DNA from: a virus
Taxonomy: Duplodnaviria; Caudoviricetes
Reading direction: 5' to 3' (one strand)
Length of the DNA stretch: 42,807 nt
Virus record (IMG/VR): IMGVR_UViG_3300034349_000021
Location: 1-42,807 of that record
Shown here: one piece after another, positions 1 to 9,313 of the stretch
How the letters are laid out: the number at the start of each line of letters is the position of its first letter
Position numbering within the stretch: position 1 is the first letter of the stretch
Made by a program: the position numbers and the translations under genes
The notes under the pieces: generated by a model
The model's input: only the letters and a program-made list of their open reading frames with translations
What the model was told of the DNA's origin: nothing
Database searches by the model: none

Positions 1-127
1 CTATTATAGTTCTGTGTGAAGAAGTAGTTTAGCCCGTCGACGCCATAGGGGTACGGGCCGGCGCTGACTCCGCGGGGGACATACTCGGCGGGGTTTTGGT
101 TAGATTGGCCGGCTACTTGGGTGACTT
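1..127. repeat. 127-bp terminal direct repeat (assembly overlap of a circular/permuted contig), copy 1
   Basis: Identical to 42681-42807; a minus-strand reading frame runs uninterrupted across the join. Confidence 0.95.
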
Positions 128-887
128 GCGGACAGCTAATTTCAATCGTACAGTTTACTGCGGACCCAACTGTCATCAAAAAAGAAATAAACGCCCCATA
201 CCTGGAAACTAATGGATTCGTTAACGTTGCGATGTGCGAAAATCTTTTACTAGCTGAGACAGAGAATATCGAGGATGTTAAACCCGATAACCACGTTCCC
301 CCATTGTACTGATCTATGGTAAGGTTTGCGGAATTTATCCCGCTTCCAGAGGCTGAAAGGTTTACTGAATAAGACAGCACGTTTCCAACTGCAATTACTT
401 CAGTTGGATTATAAAATCCATCCAAATAGAAGGCAATCCAGTTCTGGCTTGGAGTACCGGATATACCTAGCGTCAACTTATTGTCCGCTATTGACACTAC
501 AGAGACGATTAAGCCCCCGCCAGCTGATTTTTGCCAATTCGTCGGAAGTGCCCCACCGGAACCGACCACCCCGACAGCCGCCCCCGCTGTACCCGTGTTG
601 CGGATCAAGTTGTAAACCGGCCTGGCATTCTCGATTTGTGCCGCACCGGCCGGGAGCTGCTTTAGCAATCCCTCCCAATCTTTGACATAAGCGGTCGTAG
701 TGCGAGCGACCGTTGGGCCGTCGCCAAGCGAGCCAGACGCAAGATCGCGATAAAAAACCCGGTCCTCTTCGGCCAAGGTTATGGGGAAACCTTTTCTCCC
801 AAGTGGGAGCATGAAATGCTTGCCGCCGGCCTTATACATCACCGTGCCAGCAGGCGAGCGGCAGTTCCTCCGGGGCAGCATCTTCAT
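1..887 (-). CDS. 5' part of an ~830-aa virion (fibre/spike or head-decoration) protein that continues across the junction into 42680-41075
   Basis: ATG at 887 overlaps the stop of the 884-1480 gene (ATGA). I read an open frame MKMLPRRNCRSP...YFFTQNYN from 887 to 1 that joins in frame with the 41075-42580 ORF. Missed by the ORF track. Confidence 0.85.
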   Translation of the reverse strand, partial: MKMLPRRNCRSPAGTVMYKAGGKHFMLPLGRKGFPITLAEEDRVFYRDLASGSLGDGPTVARTTTAYVKDWEGLLKQLPAGAAQIENARPVYNLIRNTGTAGAAVGVVGSGGALPTNWQKSAGGGLIVSVVSIADNKLTLGISGTPSQNWIAFYLDGFYNPTEVIAVGNVLSYSVNLSASGSGINSANLTIDQYNGGTWLSGLTSSIFSVSASKRFSHIATLTNPLVSRYGAFISFLMTVGSAVNCTIEISCPQVTQVAGQSNQNPAEYVPRGVSAGPYPYGVDGLNYFFTQNYN

Positions 888-1480
888 TTCTTGGCCTTGC
901 GAGAACGATTGTGCGGTGCTGTAGTAGGCGCGGGCTCGGGAGTAGCCGTGCCATTGTAGGCGACTTTGTCGTCAGCAAAGCCCTCAGACCAAGAGACACC
1001 TTCCGGTGTACTCAAATCGTGTGGGTTCGCATTCGCGAGCAGCCCCTTGGCTTGTGCTTGCGCGCCTTCATCGTATGCAATATTAAGCTTTGGATTATTG
1101 CAGTAAAGCTTTCCTGGCATGATGATTGACCCCTTATCAGGTGTTAACGAGTCTGGCACAAGTCGTTGCCGTACTGTACGCAGCTGCTCACCTGCACTTG
1201 AGCGCAAGAGAGTGAGCCAGGCTTTAGTACGAATTTCGTTGTCTTTGCTGGCAAGGTCTGGATTGGCTTTGATAAGCGCTTGGTAATCGGAGTATGGGAT
1301 TTGCCCAATAGGCAGTGCCCAACGCTTCGTTACAGCGCTCTTATCAATATTGTCACGCCAAAACTGGTTTTCAGCAAAGTAGCGGTTGCTATCCTGCACT
1401 CGAGTATGACGCACCTCTCGATGCGTCACCTCGAGTACTTCATAGCCGTCAGCCGCGACGTCTATGACTTGCGTGGTCAT
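884..1480 (-). CDS. Hypothetical protein after the capsid gene; C-terminal part RMF/CrpP-like
   Basis: 198-aa ORF coupled to the capsid stop; C-terminal AYDEGAQAQAKG..NPH..W.EGF pattern. Confidence 0.7.
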   Translation of the reverse strand: MTTQVIDVAADGYEVLEVTHREVRHTRVQDSNRYFAENQFWRDNIDKSAVTKRWALPIGQIPYSDYQALIKANPDLASKDNEIRTKAWLTLLRSSAGEQLRTVRQRLVPDSLTPDKGSIIMPGKLYCNNPKLNIAYDEGAQAQAKGLLANANPHDLSTPEGVSWSEGFADDKVAYNGTATPEPAPTTAPHNRSRKAKK

Positions 1481-2556
1481 CAGGCAACAACCGCCGCTGT
1501 AAGATCAAGATCCGAGACTACGCCGCTGGACTTCTCCTGATAACAGATCAGGCCGAGGTCAGCAGTAACCATGTAGTGCTCAGAGAGGCCGGTTTTGGCA
1601 AGCGGCTTGGTTTCGTAACCCTGAAGCGTGACGTTGGCCCAGTACTCGGGGTCGATGATCAGTAGGTCGCAGGAATTACCGGTACCAGTAGCACCATCGT
1701 AAGGGACGTACTGACGATCAGGCACGAGCTCGATGGTGATGCCGAAATCGGTAGCCAGAATGTTGACAGCGCCGTATGCCGTCATCCCATCACCCATGCT
1801 TTCACCTTGGGGCTTGTTGCTGGTGATAGTGGCGATGCGAGCGGAAGACGTGAAATGGAAGTTACTGTACTTCCGAATCATCGACGGGTGACTGATTGCT
1901 TTGCTTGGATTGCCGCCGGCAGTGAAGATCTTCTCTAGAAGATCCTTGACACGCGCGTCTGAAAGGGCACGAATTGCGCCCGCGACAGGCTTCACCTTGG
2001 GGTAGCCGGCTTTGGCGGTGTTATCAGACCACTGCGGGGCAGCGCCGATGCTGTCACGATTGGTCATGAGCCAGCATGGAGCACCGGCCATCTTGGCTGG
2101 GCCGGTGGTAGCAGCATTTGCCACAATGCCGTCACCGGGCTGAGCGGCCTGCGGATACAGCTTGATTGCCTCTTCGTCGCGCCGCAACTCCTTCTGAATC
2201 ATGGCGACCTGAAAGAGCAACTCGTCCTGACGTGCGATGGTATCGACGTTGGAGGCACGCTCGGAAACAGCCACGTTGTCCAGCAAGATCTGGCAATAGC
2301 CGCCAAACCGCTTGCCGGGATCACCCTTTTTGGCGGTGACGTCTTGGCCGTCGACAGCAGCATTATTGACGTTACGGGCACGAAGAGGCCGTTCGACAAA
2401 CTCCTTGTAAGGGTTGTCGGTCGACTCATTGCCGATCATGTCGATGAAAGGCCGCTCGACAGGATCGATGTTAAAAAGTTGATCCATTACATCCTCATGG
2501 ATCATGGGCCCAACTTTCGTTGAAGCAAGATCGACTGCGTTAGTATTGAGACCCAT
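1480..2556 (-). CDS. Major capsid protein (DUF5309-like)
   Basis: 358 aa; ED..D.LFNIDP..RPF, QI....AVS, QKELRRD.E, TDFG...LVPDR, LAKTG motifs; follows scaffold; strong codon bias; SD GAGG. Confidence 0.88.
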   Translation of the reverse strand: MGLNTNAVDLASTKVGPMIHEDVMDQLFNIDPVERPFIDMIGNESTDNPYKEFVERPLRARNVNNAAVDGQDVTAKKGDPGKRFGGYCQILLDNVAVSERASNVDTIARQDELLFQVAMIQKELRRDEEAIKLYPQAAQPGDGIVANAATTGPAKMAGAPCWLMTNRDSIGAAPQWSDNTAKAGYPKVKPVAGAIRALSDARVKDLLEKIFTAGGNPSKAISHPSMIRKYSNFHFTSSARIATITSNKPQGESMGDGMTAYGAVNILATDFGITIELVPDRQYVPYDGATGTGNSCDLLIIDPEYWANVTLQGYETKPLAKTGLSEHYMVTADLGLICYQEKSSGVVSDLDLTAAVVA

Positions 2557-2623
2557 CTCTAGCTACCTCAAATGTGTTGAATTGCCACCTTACTCTCGTA
2601 AGTAATTAACGCCACTCTCGTAG

Positions 2624-3604
2624 CTAGTTTTTGCCGAAGATACCAGCAGCGTCGGCCACAGCGCGAAATGCAGCGCGTTTGTCGGTCTCCAGCCTGCTGG
2701 TCTTGGCCTGGGTTACTGCAGTAGCAGCTTTCTCTCTCGAGACAGCTGAACCGCTATGCGAACCAACAGTAAGCCGCTTGATCGACTTACTCTTAATGCC
2801 GTCTTTCGTTGACTTGACAGCCATTTGATGATCATCCCACTGTTGCGCTTTGTAAAAAAGGCTGGCCACGCGAGCGTCGTAGAGCTTGTCCACTTCATCA
2901 GGAGTAATGCCCTGGCCGAGTAAATAGCTCTTGAGCTTTGCCTTAATTTCAGGTCCGCGCTCTTTGTCAGCAAAAGCAGGGATGCGCTCAGCAAGCTGCC
3001 GTTGCTGATCTTGCATATATTCAGACAACGCGCGTTCTTGGAACTGCTGCGCTTGGAAGCTAGCTGCATTCAACTCGTCGGTTGCCTGGCCATAAAGACC
3101 TTGCAGCCTGAGCAAATCGGTTTGCGCCGCAACGAGGCCAGCTGTATCACCAGCCTGCGACAGCTCTTCAATACGTGAATAGACGCCGCTGTAGGCCTGC
3201 TTGATTGTTTCGACCTTTTGATTGGCAGCGGCTACGGCCTGAGAGATTGGCTTTGCCACTTGCTCCTGAAAGACTGAGGCATTCTTAAGTTTAGCCTCTT
3301 GCTCTTGAAGCGCCTTCTCTTTGACCGACAGTTCTTCTTGCACTCGCTTGTGCTTTTGAAGGTAGTCCTTGACTTCGGAGAAGGTGTACTCATCTCCAGT
3401 GTCAAGCTTGAGCTTGAGGTTGTAGAAGTCTTCAGGAGCTACGCCGAGTATATCAGGCAGCTCATTAAAGTATTGTACAGCCTCACCTTCGTCTTCCGGT
3501 TGGTCCTCATCCTCGACTACCGTCTCCTCCCCAAGGGTGGCGGCCGCCGCGTCTTCTGCCGGAAGTTGTTCTCTAAACGCCGTGATCTGGTCTAATGTTG
3601 GCAC
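2624..3604 (-). CDS. Scaffolding protein
   Basis: 326 aa, acidic N-terminus, coiled-coil Q/A/E-rich body, located between portal and capsid. Confidence 0.75.
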   Translation of the reverse strand: MPTLDQITAFREQLPAEDAAAATLGEETVVEDEDQPEDEGEAVQYFNELPDILGVAPEDFYNLKLKLDTGDEYTFSEVKDYLQKHKRVQEELSVKEKALQEQEAKLKNASVFQEQVAKPISQAVAAANQKVETIKQAYSGVYSRIEELSQAGDTAGLVAAQTDLLRLQGLYGQATDELNAASFQAQQFQERALSEYMQDQQRQLAERIPAFADKERGPEIKAKLKSYLLGQGITPDEVDKLYDARVASLFYKAQQWDDHQMAVKSTKDGIKSKSIKRLTVGSHSGSAVSREKAATAVTQAKTSRLETDKRAAFRAVADAAGIFGKN

Positions 3605-3831
3605 TATAGTTCCTCTCGGATCCTGTTGATAACTAGGGTCACTGCCGCACGCCTATCTCTAAGCTTGGCAAGTTCCTCTAGTGTTGTGTCATCATGAAAT
3701 GCAAGAAACATTTCAGAGGTCAATACTTCTTGTAGTTCGTCCCATAGCCCGCGTTCTTCGGCTTGCCGAATAGCCTCAAGTGCCTGATTACTGAAGTGAA
3801 TCCGGTACTTGTTCTGCGTCGTATTTGGCAT
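3604..3831 (-). CDS. Small hypothetical head-module protein
   Basis: 75-aa helical ORF overlapping the portal end and coupled to the scaffold start; exact start uncertain. Confidence 0.55.
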   Translation of the reverse strand: MPNTTQNKYRIHFSNQALEAIRQAEERGLWDELQEVLTSEMFLAFHDDTTLEELAKLRDRRAAVTLVINRIREEL

Positions 3832-5809
3832 TTAATTCTACCAGTTGCAGTCTTAGTGCGTCATAGTCTTTTGCCAACTTGTCGTACTCGAGTTGCTGGT
3901 CAAACTTGAGACTCAGCTGCTCCATCTGGTTCTTGAGCATTTGAACATTGGCGCTGCCTTCAGCCTTAATCTGCTCTACTCGTGGCAGCAGCTCCATGTT
4001 CATCATCTGAACCTGCATGTCTTGCTGGTTCTTCTGCTGCGCAGATTGCGTTCTGGCTTGCGCAGCTTGCTGGCCTTCTGGACTGGCCGGGTCAGTGTAA
4101 TAGGTATGCGCGTTAGGTACCATAAGCGCGTTAGCCCGCGCCACGAGCAGCCTGTACATTTTCTTCTCATCGACAAGGATACTACCTTGCTGCATCAGCT
4201 CTTTTTGTTCAGCTATGAGTTGGGTATAGGATTGGGCCTGCCTCAATCGATCACCCATGGTTAAGCCCAGGGCAACAGAAACATGCTGCCGCTCGGGCCA
4301 ACTAGAGGGCGTGGCGGTTATCCAGTTGCCTTGCACTTTAGCCGCAATAGGCTGACTGAAATTAGTGCGTAGATTGTAGTGGATCTTCGTATAGATCTGG
4401 CGAAGCAGCGTCTCAGCCAGCACCTTAGCCATTAAGCTGTTAAGCTGCTCCATAGCAGACATGATGCGCTCAAGGCCGTGCGCAGTATCTCCACCAATTA
4501 GAACCTCCTCGCTGGCCTTATCGACAGCCGAGCCACCACTTTCCTTTCGCCGCTGATCCATCAAAGTGAGAAGTTGGAATACCTCACTTGGGAAGGGATT
4601 AGTGGGGATAGGCACTACACCATTTGGCGTGGTCATTCTAACCATACCGCCAAAGATAGAGTCTTTGACATCGTTGATGTTTACTTGATTCCCGACGATA
4701 CCAAGGCGTCCACGCACTGCGGTCTCGCCGGCAGTTAGCAGCTGGCGCACAACCTTGGTCTTAATGTCTTGAACTTGCTTGATCTTGTCAAACAAGCTAA
4801 TACCAGGAACCCGATGCGGATAGATAAACGGGACTCCAATGCAGTACGGCTGGCTGGCAGCAGGTTCGTCTTCAAGAATAGTGGGTGTGCCAGTAAGATT
4901 ACCAGCCAGCACTATTCTTCTACGCTCCGCTATGCCATCGTCGTCTTCATCAAGCAGCATGTAGCAAAAAGCCACATGTACCATCTTGGTGTCAGTTAGC
5001 GCGTATTCACGTTGACGATGCGGCTTTGCGGTTGAGTTGTAGCTGTAATCAGGCAGCCCAGCTACTAGTTCTTTGTCGTAACCAAGTTGTACAAGCTCAG
5101 AACGAGAAAGCAAACGCTCACGAGCAACAAAGCGGGCCGAGTCAAGGTCTAGCTCCTCATGATCTGGATTGACAAACAGCTCATTAGGCGGGAATGCATC
5201 AATATAAAGATGCTTCTGAATCTTTGTCTGGCGCAGTGTAGCAGAGAATGAATCCTTATCGAGCAACTCGGCCATCTTGGCGCTATCGATCTCTGCGTCG
5301 TCGTCAAACGCCTTACCGTCAAGCTCGATAATCTCTGTATCTTCAGTTTTTAAGCTGACCAGTATATCAATTGTAGCGTCTTCTACTTTAAGGTAAGAAA
5401 CAGCAGCCTTTTCGTAGGTATTAACCTCTACGACACCGATACGCTGTAATAGTGCATTTTTACAAGCTGTAGTAAGCTGAATAAAGCCGTTAGATTGCTG
5501 AATAAAAATGTCGTTTACTAACTGGGTCTCTATCCTTACCTGCTCCTCGTCTTCTGGCCCCATAGGGTTAAACGAGACTGGAGTCTCAGAAGCAAAAGCA
5601 GGCATAATGTCAGCCAAAGTATGCTCAACAGCATTAGCGACGTCAGGGCTGACAATATCTTGGAAATATTCCTGCACATCCTTGTCGAGAATCTTCGGTT
5701 CAACACCATCGAAGTAAGCATAAGCATCGCGACTATTTTTTGAAAGTAACTGTTCAGAATACTCACGTGCTTTAGTGAGCTCTTTAACCACGTCCTTGAC
5801 TATATCCAT
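3788..5809 (-). CDS. Portal protein
   Basis: 673 aa directly after TerL; VSPDV..AVE....DIM..F, P.GPEDE, NALLQR.G, D.DDDGIAE motifs; Q-rich C-terminal barrel as in P22-like portals. Confidence 0.88.
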   Translation of the reverse strand: MDIVKDVVKELTKAREYSEQLLSKNSRDAYAYFDGVEPKILDKDVQEYFQDIVSPDVANAVEHTLADIMPAFASETPVSFNPMGPEDEEQVRIETQLVNDIFIQQSNGFIQLTTACKNALLQRIGVVEVNTYEKAAVSYLKVEDATIDILVSLKTEDTEIIELDGKAFDDDAEIDSAKMAELLDKDSFSATLRQTKIQKHLYIDAFPPNELFVNPDHEELDLDSARFVARERLLSRSELVQLGYDKELVAGLPDYSYNSTAKPHRQREYALTDTKMVHVAFCYMLLDEDDDGIAERRRIVLAGNLTGTPTILEDEPAASQPYCIGVPFIYPHRVPGISLFDKIKQVQDIKTKVVRQLLTAGETAVRGRLGIVGNQVNINDVKDSIFGGMVRMTTPNGVVPIPTNPFPSEVFQLLTLMDQRRKESGGSAVDKASEEVLIGGDTAHGLERIMSAMEQLNSLMAKVLAETLLRQIYTKIHYNLRTNFSQPIAAKVQGNWITATPSSWPERQHVSVALGLTMGDRLRQAQSYTQLIAEQKELMQQGSILVDEKKMYRLLVARANALMVPNAHTYYTDPASPEGQQAAQARTQSAQQKNQQDMQVQMMNMELLPRVEQIKAEGSANVQMLKNQMEQLSLKFDQQLEYDKLAKDYDALRLQLVELNAKYDAEQVPDSLQ

Positions 5810-5810
5810 T

Positions 5811-7196
5811 TTAGTTATACGCCCTGTTCACGGACTTATCCCAATCTTTAGTGTAGCCGAGCAACTCGTAGCCCAAACCAGCACCCATTGCGGCGTATTG
5901 ACCAGCTTCACAAACGTGTGAGTACATTGTCTTGTCAGGAACGTCTTTGAATCGCTCGTCACCAACTACTTGCACGCGACGAAGCTTATAACCACCGCCG
6001 TAACCTTTGCGAGTATAGTGGCAGTTAGGCGACACAATAAAGGCTGGTTGACCGTTAAAAGTCATACGCATCATCAAAGATGCAACAGTCTCGCGCCTAA
6101 TCTCCCAGTCGTTGGTCGGAGCCGGCTGCGCAAATATCCCAAGGGCGGCTAGAACCATGAAGGGAGTCTGCTCATCGGTCTGTACTCTCTCAGATCCCGC
6201 TGGGTCGCCCCAGATTTCCATCAAATAGCCGCTGTACTTGTTACGTAAATGTATGCCTAACGCCTCACCAAACCGTATAGCACCCATTTCCTCGCTGACT
6301 AGCTCATCAATACAGCGTAGCTGACCATTGATAAACTGATTGATAGACGCAGCAGGCGTTAACCCAAAGTCTAGGCCAATAATTAACGGCTCGTCTTCAA
6401 CAGGTTCAATAACCTGCTTAGAGACGTGCACGTCGTCGTTAAACTCAGCGTAGACAGGTTTGCCGTCGCTCACGAAGCCAAACTTCCCATGGACAAAGAC
6501 TTTAACCCATTCTGCTGTTTGACCGACGCTAAGCTGTTCATAGTATGTCTTCGGCAGGTTCTTTCGGTTTTCTGCTTCTGGGCTAAGACCAGACGGCTGA
6601 TGGAAAAATGCCCAGCCTTGGGGCAGCTTTTCAACAAACGTCTTATGGATATAGTGATCCACATCTGGTGGGTTAGTGTCCATAATGACACAATAACGAT
6701 AATCCTCTACTCTATCGCGTGTAGGAAAGCGACCGACGCGGCCCAACAGCATATTCAGCACAGCTCGCGGCACCTCCTTTGCCTCGTTTATAAAAGCCCC
6801 AGTTAGCTCTAGCGAAAGCAGCTTGCGAACATCCTGTGGCTTGTCAAGTGCACGAAACAGCACCTCTAGTTCAACAGTGCTGCCGTCACCAGGCGCAAAC
6901 TGCATTACGAAGCGCAGTTCTTGTTTATTCCAGTAGCCTAGTTCTTGAGGGATCCACTCAAAGAACGTGCGGATAGTGGTGTCCTTTAACTCACCATACG
7001 TATTACGTACAACCAGCCAGCGACTTGGCCTAATGCCACTCTTGTCCATTGGCATTTGCAGCGCGCAGCGTAGTATCTCTACAATACACGCTACAGACTT
7101 GCCAGAACCAATTGGCCCTAAGATCAAGCGTACAAACGCCATGCTCCTATGGAACGCGCTTGTAGTCTTAGCGGCCTTGTAGGTCCTATTTAACAT
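5811..7196 (-). CDS. terL: Terminase large subunit
   Basis: Walker A GPIGSGKS, Walker B AFINEAKE, DTNPP coupling motif, nuclease IGLDFG; ATG at 7196 preferred over 7223. Confidence 0.93.
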   Translation of the reverse strand: MLNRTYKAAKTTSAFHRSMAFVRLILGPIGSGKSVACIVEILRCALQMPMDKSGIRPSRWLVVRNTYGELKDTTIRTFFEWIPQELGYWNKQELRFVMQFAPGDGSTVELEVLFRALDKPQDVRKLLSLELTGAFINEAKEVPRAVLNMLLGRVGRFPTRDRVEDYRYCVIMDTNPPDVDHYIHKTFVEKLPQGWAFFHQPSGLSPEAENRKNLPKTYYEQLSVGQTAEWVKVFVHGKFGFVSDGKPVYAEFNDDVHVSKQVIEPVEDEPLIIGLDFGLTPAASINQFINGQLRCIDELVSEEMGAIRFGEALGIHLRNKYSGYLMEIWGDPAGSERVQTDEQTPFMVLAALGIFAQPAPTNDWEIRRETVASLMMRMTFNGQPAFIVSPNCHYTRKGYGGGYKLRRVQVVGDERFKDVPDKTMYSHVCEAGQYAAMGAGLGYELLGYTKDWDKSVNRAYN

Positions 7197-7203
7197 AAGT
7201 GGC

Positions 7204-7346
7204 GGGCGCCCACAAACCGACAAGACAGTCCGAGACAGGATTGATAGTCAATTTGCAGGCACCCATAGAAAAGGTGGGGCTCCACACAGCTGTGTCAACC
7301 ACCCAGTCGGAGGTCACCAAAAGGATGCACACCTGCAGGAGCCCCA
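7204..7346 (-). ncRNA. Structured intergenic RNA (two domains) upstream of terL
   Basis: 18-bp stem 7204-7221/7247-7264 pairs fully only on the minus strand (several G-U pairs); 9-bp stem 7275-7283/7338-7346. Confidence 0.45.
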
Positions 7347-7350
7347 TTAT

Positions 7351-8274
7351 TCAGTACTTGGGCAACGGGTTCAAAATGCCCATCTTTGTCAACATTTTTT
7401 CAAGAAACGAGTCTTCAATATCGGCTTGCGACATATTGCCTTTCTCTACTTGATCTTCAAACCAAGCTTGGGAATACAGCGCTGGTTGCAGCTTACGCAT
7501 TTGTGGCACATCCTTATACCCTTCACGATAAAAGGTAGCCATGTCATCTTCAGACCCGAGATGACCGCTGACTACGTCGTTATAAATTGGCACATCAGAC
7601 AGCTCTTTGCCAGGAGGCAACCTAGTGTTGATCGCAGCCAAATCGGCCAGCATTTCATGGGAGCTAGGCACACCCTCACCGAGTAGCGAGAAATACCTAG
7701 AAACCGGCCTATTAAGGTCAATCTTCATATGATCGCCTTGGCCGACCATACGCCGCTCATGACTAGGCAACGCCCGCTCAAACGGCAAGTTGACCTGAGC
7801 GTTTGCGTTGTCTCTGCGGCTCCAGTGCGACATTTCATGAGGCAGTAGCAAGTCAGCCGTTGTTTCATCAACGCTGCCAGTAGGCTGTAAGTACACGCCT
7901 GGCTGCGCGTCAAACGGCGACAGGCCATGACCAGTAACTGTCAACCCCTTAACGTAGTTGTTGATGTCGCCGCTTTTCAGCTGGCTATTGACGCCCTTCT
8001 CAAACTCAGGCTTAAGGCCAGGTACGCCAGTGGTTAGCAAGCCACCGTGCGACGAGAAGTACAGCTGCGGGTAGTCAGCAGCTTTAGAGCCGTTTAGACG
8101 CTTGAGATGATCGGCTATTCCTGGCACATCCTTGATATCATAGTGCTCCGAGAAGAACTTGGCCAGCTGAGGACCTACACCAGAATCTAGAAGCTGCTGA
8201 CCTACCTGATTCAGACCGGTAGGCGCCTGTCTGAAAACAGAGTCTTTGGGCAGCAAGTCCAGTAAACCAGCCAT
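7351..8274 (-). CDS. Hypothetical protein with HEXXH zincin-like metallopeptidase motif
   Basis: 307 aa; LLPHEMSHW plus downstream HEMLA glutamate; sits between TerS and TerL. Confidence 0.6.
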   Translation of the reverse strand: MAGLLDLLPKDSVFRQAPTGLNQVGQQLLDSGVGPQLAKFFSEHYDIKDVPGIADHLKRLNGSKAADYPQLYFSSHGGLLTTGVPGLKPEFEKGVNSQLKSGDINNYVKGLTVTGHGLSPFDAQPGVYLQPTGSVDETTADLLLPHEMSHWSRRDNANAQVNLPFERALPSHERRMVGQGDHMKIDLNRPVSRYFSLLGEGVPSSHEMLADLAAINTRLPPGKELSDVPIYNDVVSGHLGSEDDMATFYREGYKDVPQMRKLQPALYSQAWFEDQVEKGNMSQADIEDSFLEKMLTKMGILNPLPKY

Positions 8275-8277
8275 GCT

Positions 8278-8649
8278 TTAGTCGTCCAGCTCAATTTTAA
8301 ACGACTTAACTTTGGAGACCTGCTCGCTGATGGTCCATTCGCTAGCAAGCCGCGACAAGGCAGCAAGTGATGCGCCCATACCGTTCTTTGAGTTGGACAT
8401 CTGCTGCTTGAGGTTGTGCAGAGCGAAGTCACGGATTGACACGCGACCACGCTTATACGCGCGATCAACCCACTTTTTGTCAGAATCTGACAGGTCTTTG
8501 TACTCAACACCGAAGTAGCCGAGCCCTTCATCTTTGCTCTGACCCTCGTACAGACGCTCAAGCGTCTCTAGGTCAGTCTGAATGAAGAAGCTATCTTCAT
8601 CAGGTTCGTACTTAAAAAGCATGCCGTGCTTTGAATATTCAGGAGACAT
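8278..8649 (-). CDS. Putative terminase small subunit
   Basis: 123 aa, HTH-like centre then RAYKRGR...ALHNL helix typical of TerS; position upstream of terL. Confidence 0.55.
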   Translation of the reverse strand: MSPEYSKHGMLFKYEPDEDSFFIQTDLETLERLYEGQSKDEGLGYFGVEYKDLSDSDKKWVDRAYKRGRVSIRDFALHNLKQQMSNSKNGMGASLAALSRLASEWTISEQVSKVKSFKIELDD

Positions 8650-8935
8650 ATCTGCTACCTTTTCTAGTATTCGATCTGACAGTGATTATTTGTAGATTGC
8701 TCTCGCAGTGTAGACCACATACCGTATCGGACTTTAAAGGAACAATGTGGTCTACTACAAAACGCACACCATGCAACGTACTCAGTTGCTCAGCTCGAGC
8801 ATAGAATTTGGCTATCTTCTTCAAATCAGCCCACTTAGGGATGGCATTGAGCTTTTTCGCCTTACATTTGGCCTGATTAGCTGCGCCGTTGGCAGGATGC
8901 TCTAATAACCAAACGCTTACTTTACTTGAACTCAT
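8639..8935 (-). CDS. HNH endonuclease
   Basis: PKWAD..KI..FY, VVDHIVPL...VCGLH...NLQII...N.RK; SD GGAGA before ATG 8935. Confidence 0.85.
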   Translation of the reverse strand: MSSSKVSVWLLEHPANGAANQAKCKAKKLNAIPKWADLKKIAKFYARAEQLSTLHGVRFVVDHIVPLKSDTVCGLHCESNLQIITVRSNTRKGSRYVS

Positions 8936-9045
8936 TTTGATCTCCACCAGCATGGGGAGACCCTTACCACCGATGCTGGGTGAGCGTTCATGAGGCGCTC
9001 ATCGGTGGGTCGGGTCATTTTGGTGTCTTTCGACACCGTAAGTCA

Positions 9046-9115
9046 ATCGTATCATATTTTCCACAGTTTGTATATTCAGATTCGTTAATACTTAGTATTT
9101 GATTTTTAAATACAC
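9046..9115 (-). promoter_or_regulatory. Late-module promoter with conserved four-box upstream element
   Basis: GTGTATT at 9115, -10 TACGAT exactly 64 nt downstream, same layout as six other promoters. Confidence 0.7.
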
Positions 9116-9295
9116 CTGCCGTGTACCTGAAACGGCTCCCACAAACCCCTCCTCCCAAGGGTGGTCTAGGGCCGAACCCGCCTCTAGAATCGGCCCTCTG
9201 AACGGGGAGTTCAGGGGCCACCCTGCATCCTATCACCGATAGGTAACTGTAGTGTCAGGTAGAGATCTAGGTAGTCTAGATGCCTTTCAGTGCAT

Positions 9296-9313
9296 AATTC
9301 GCATTTGCGAATT
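9296..9313. promoter_or_regulatory. AATTCGC-N4-GCGAATT palindrome (operator-like)
   Basis: One of five perfect TTCGC-N4-GCGAA sites. Confidence 0.65.

Noticed and set aside
7275-7346. tRNA or tmRNA-like gene (72 nt, GGGGCTC...GAGCCCC-ACC)
   Set aside because: No TTCRA T-loop, no proper D or anticodon arms and no CCA; kept only as a structured RNA.
8639-8935. HNH gene as part of an intron or mobile element
   Set aside because: It is free-standing at the head of the packaging operon, with no interrupted host gene or group I intron core visible.
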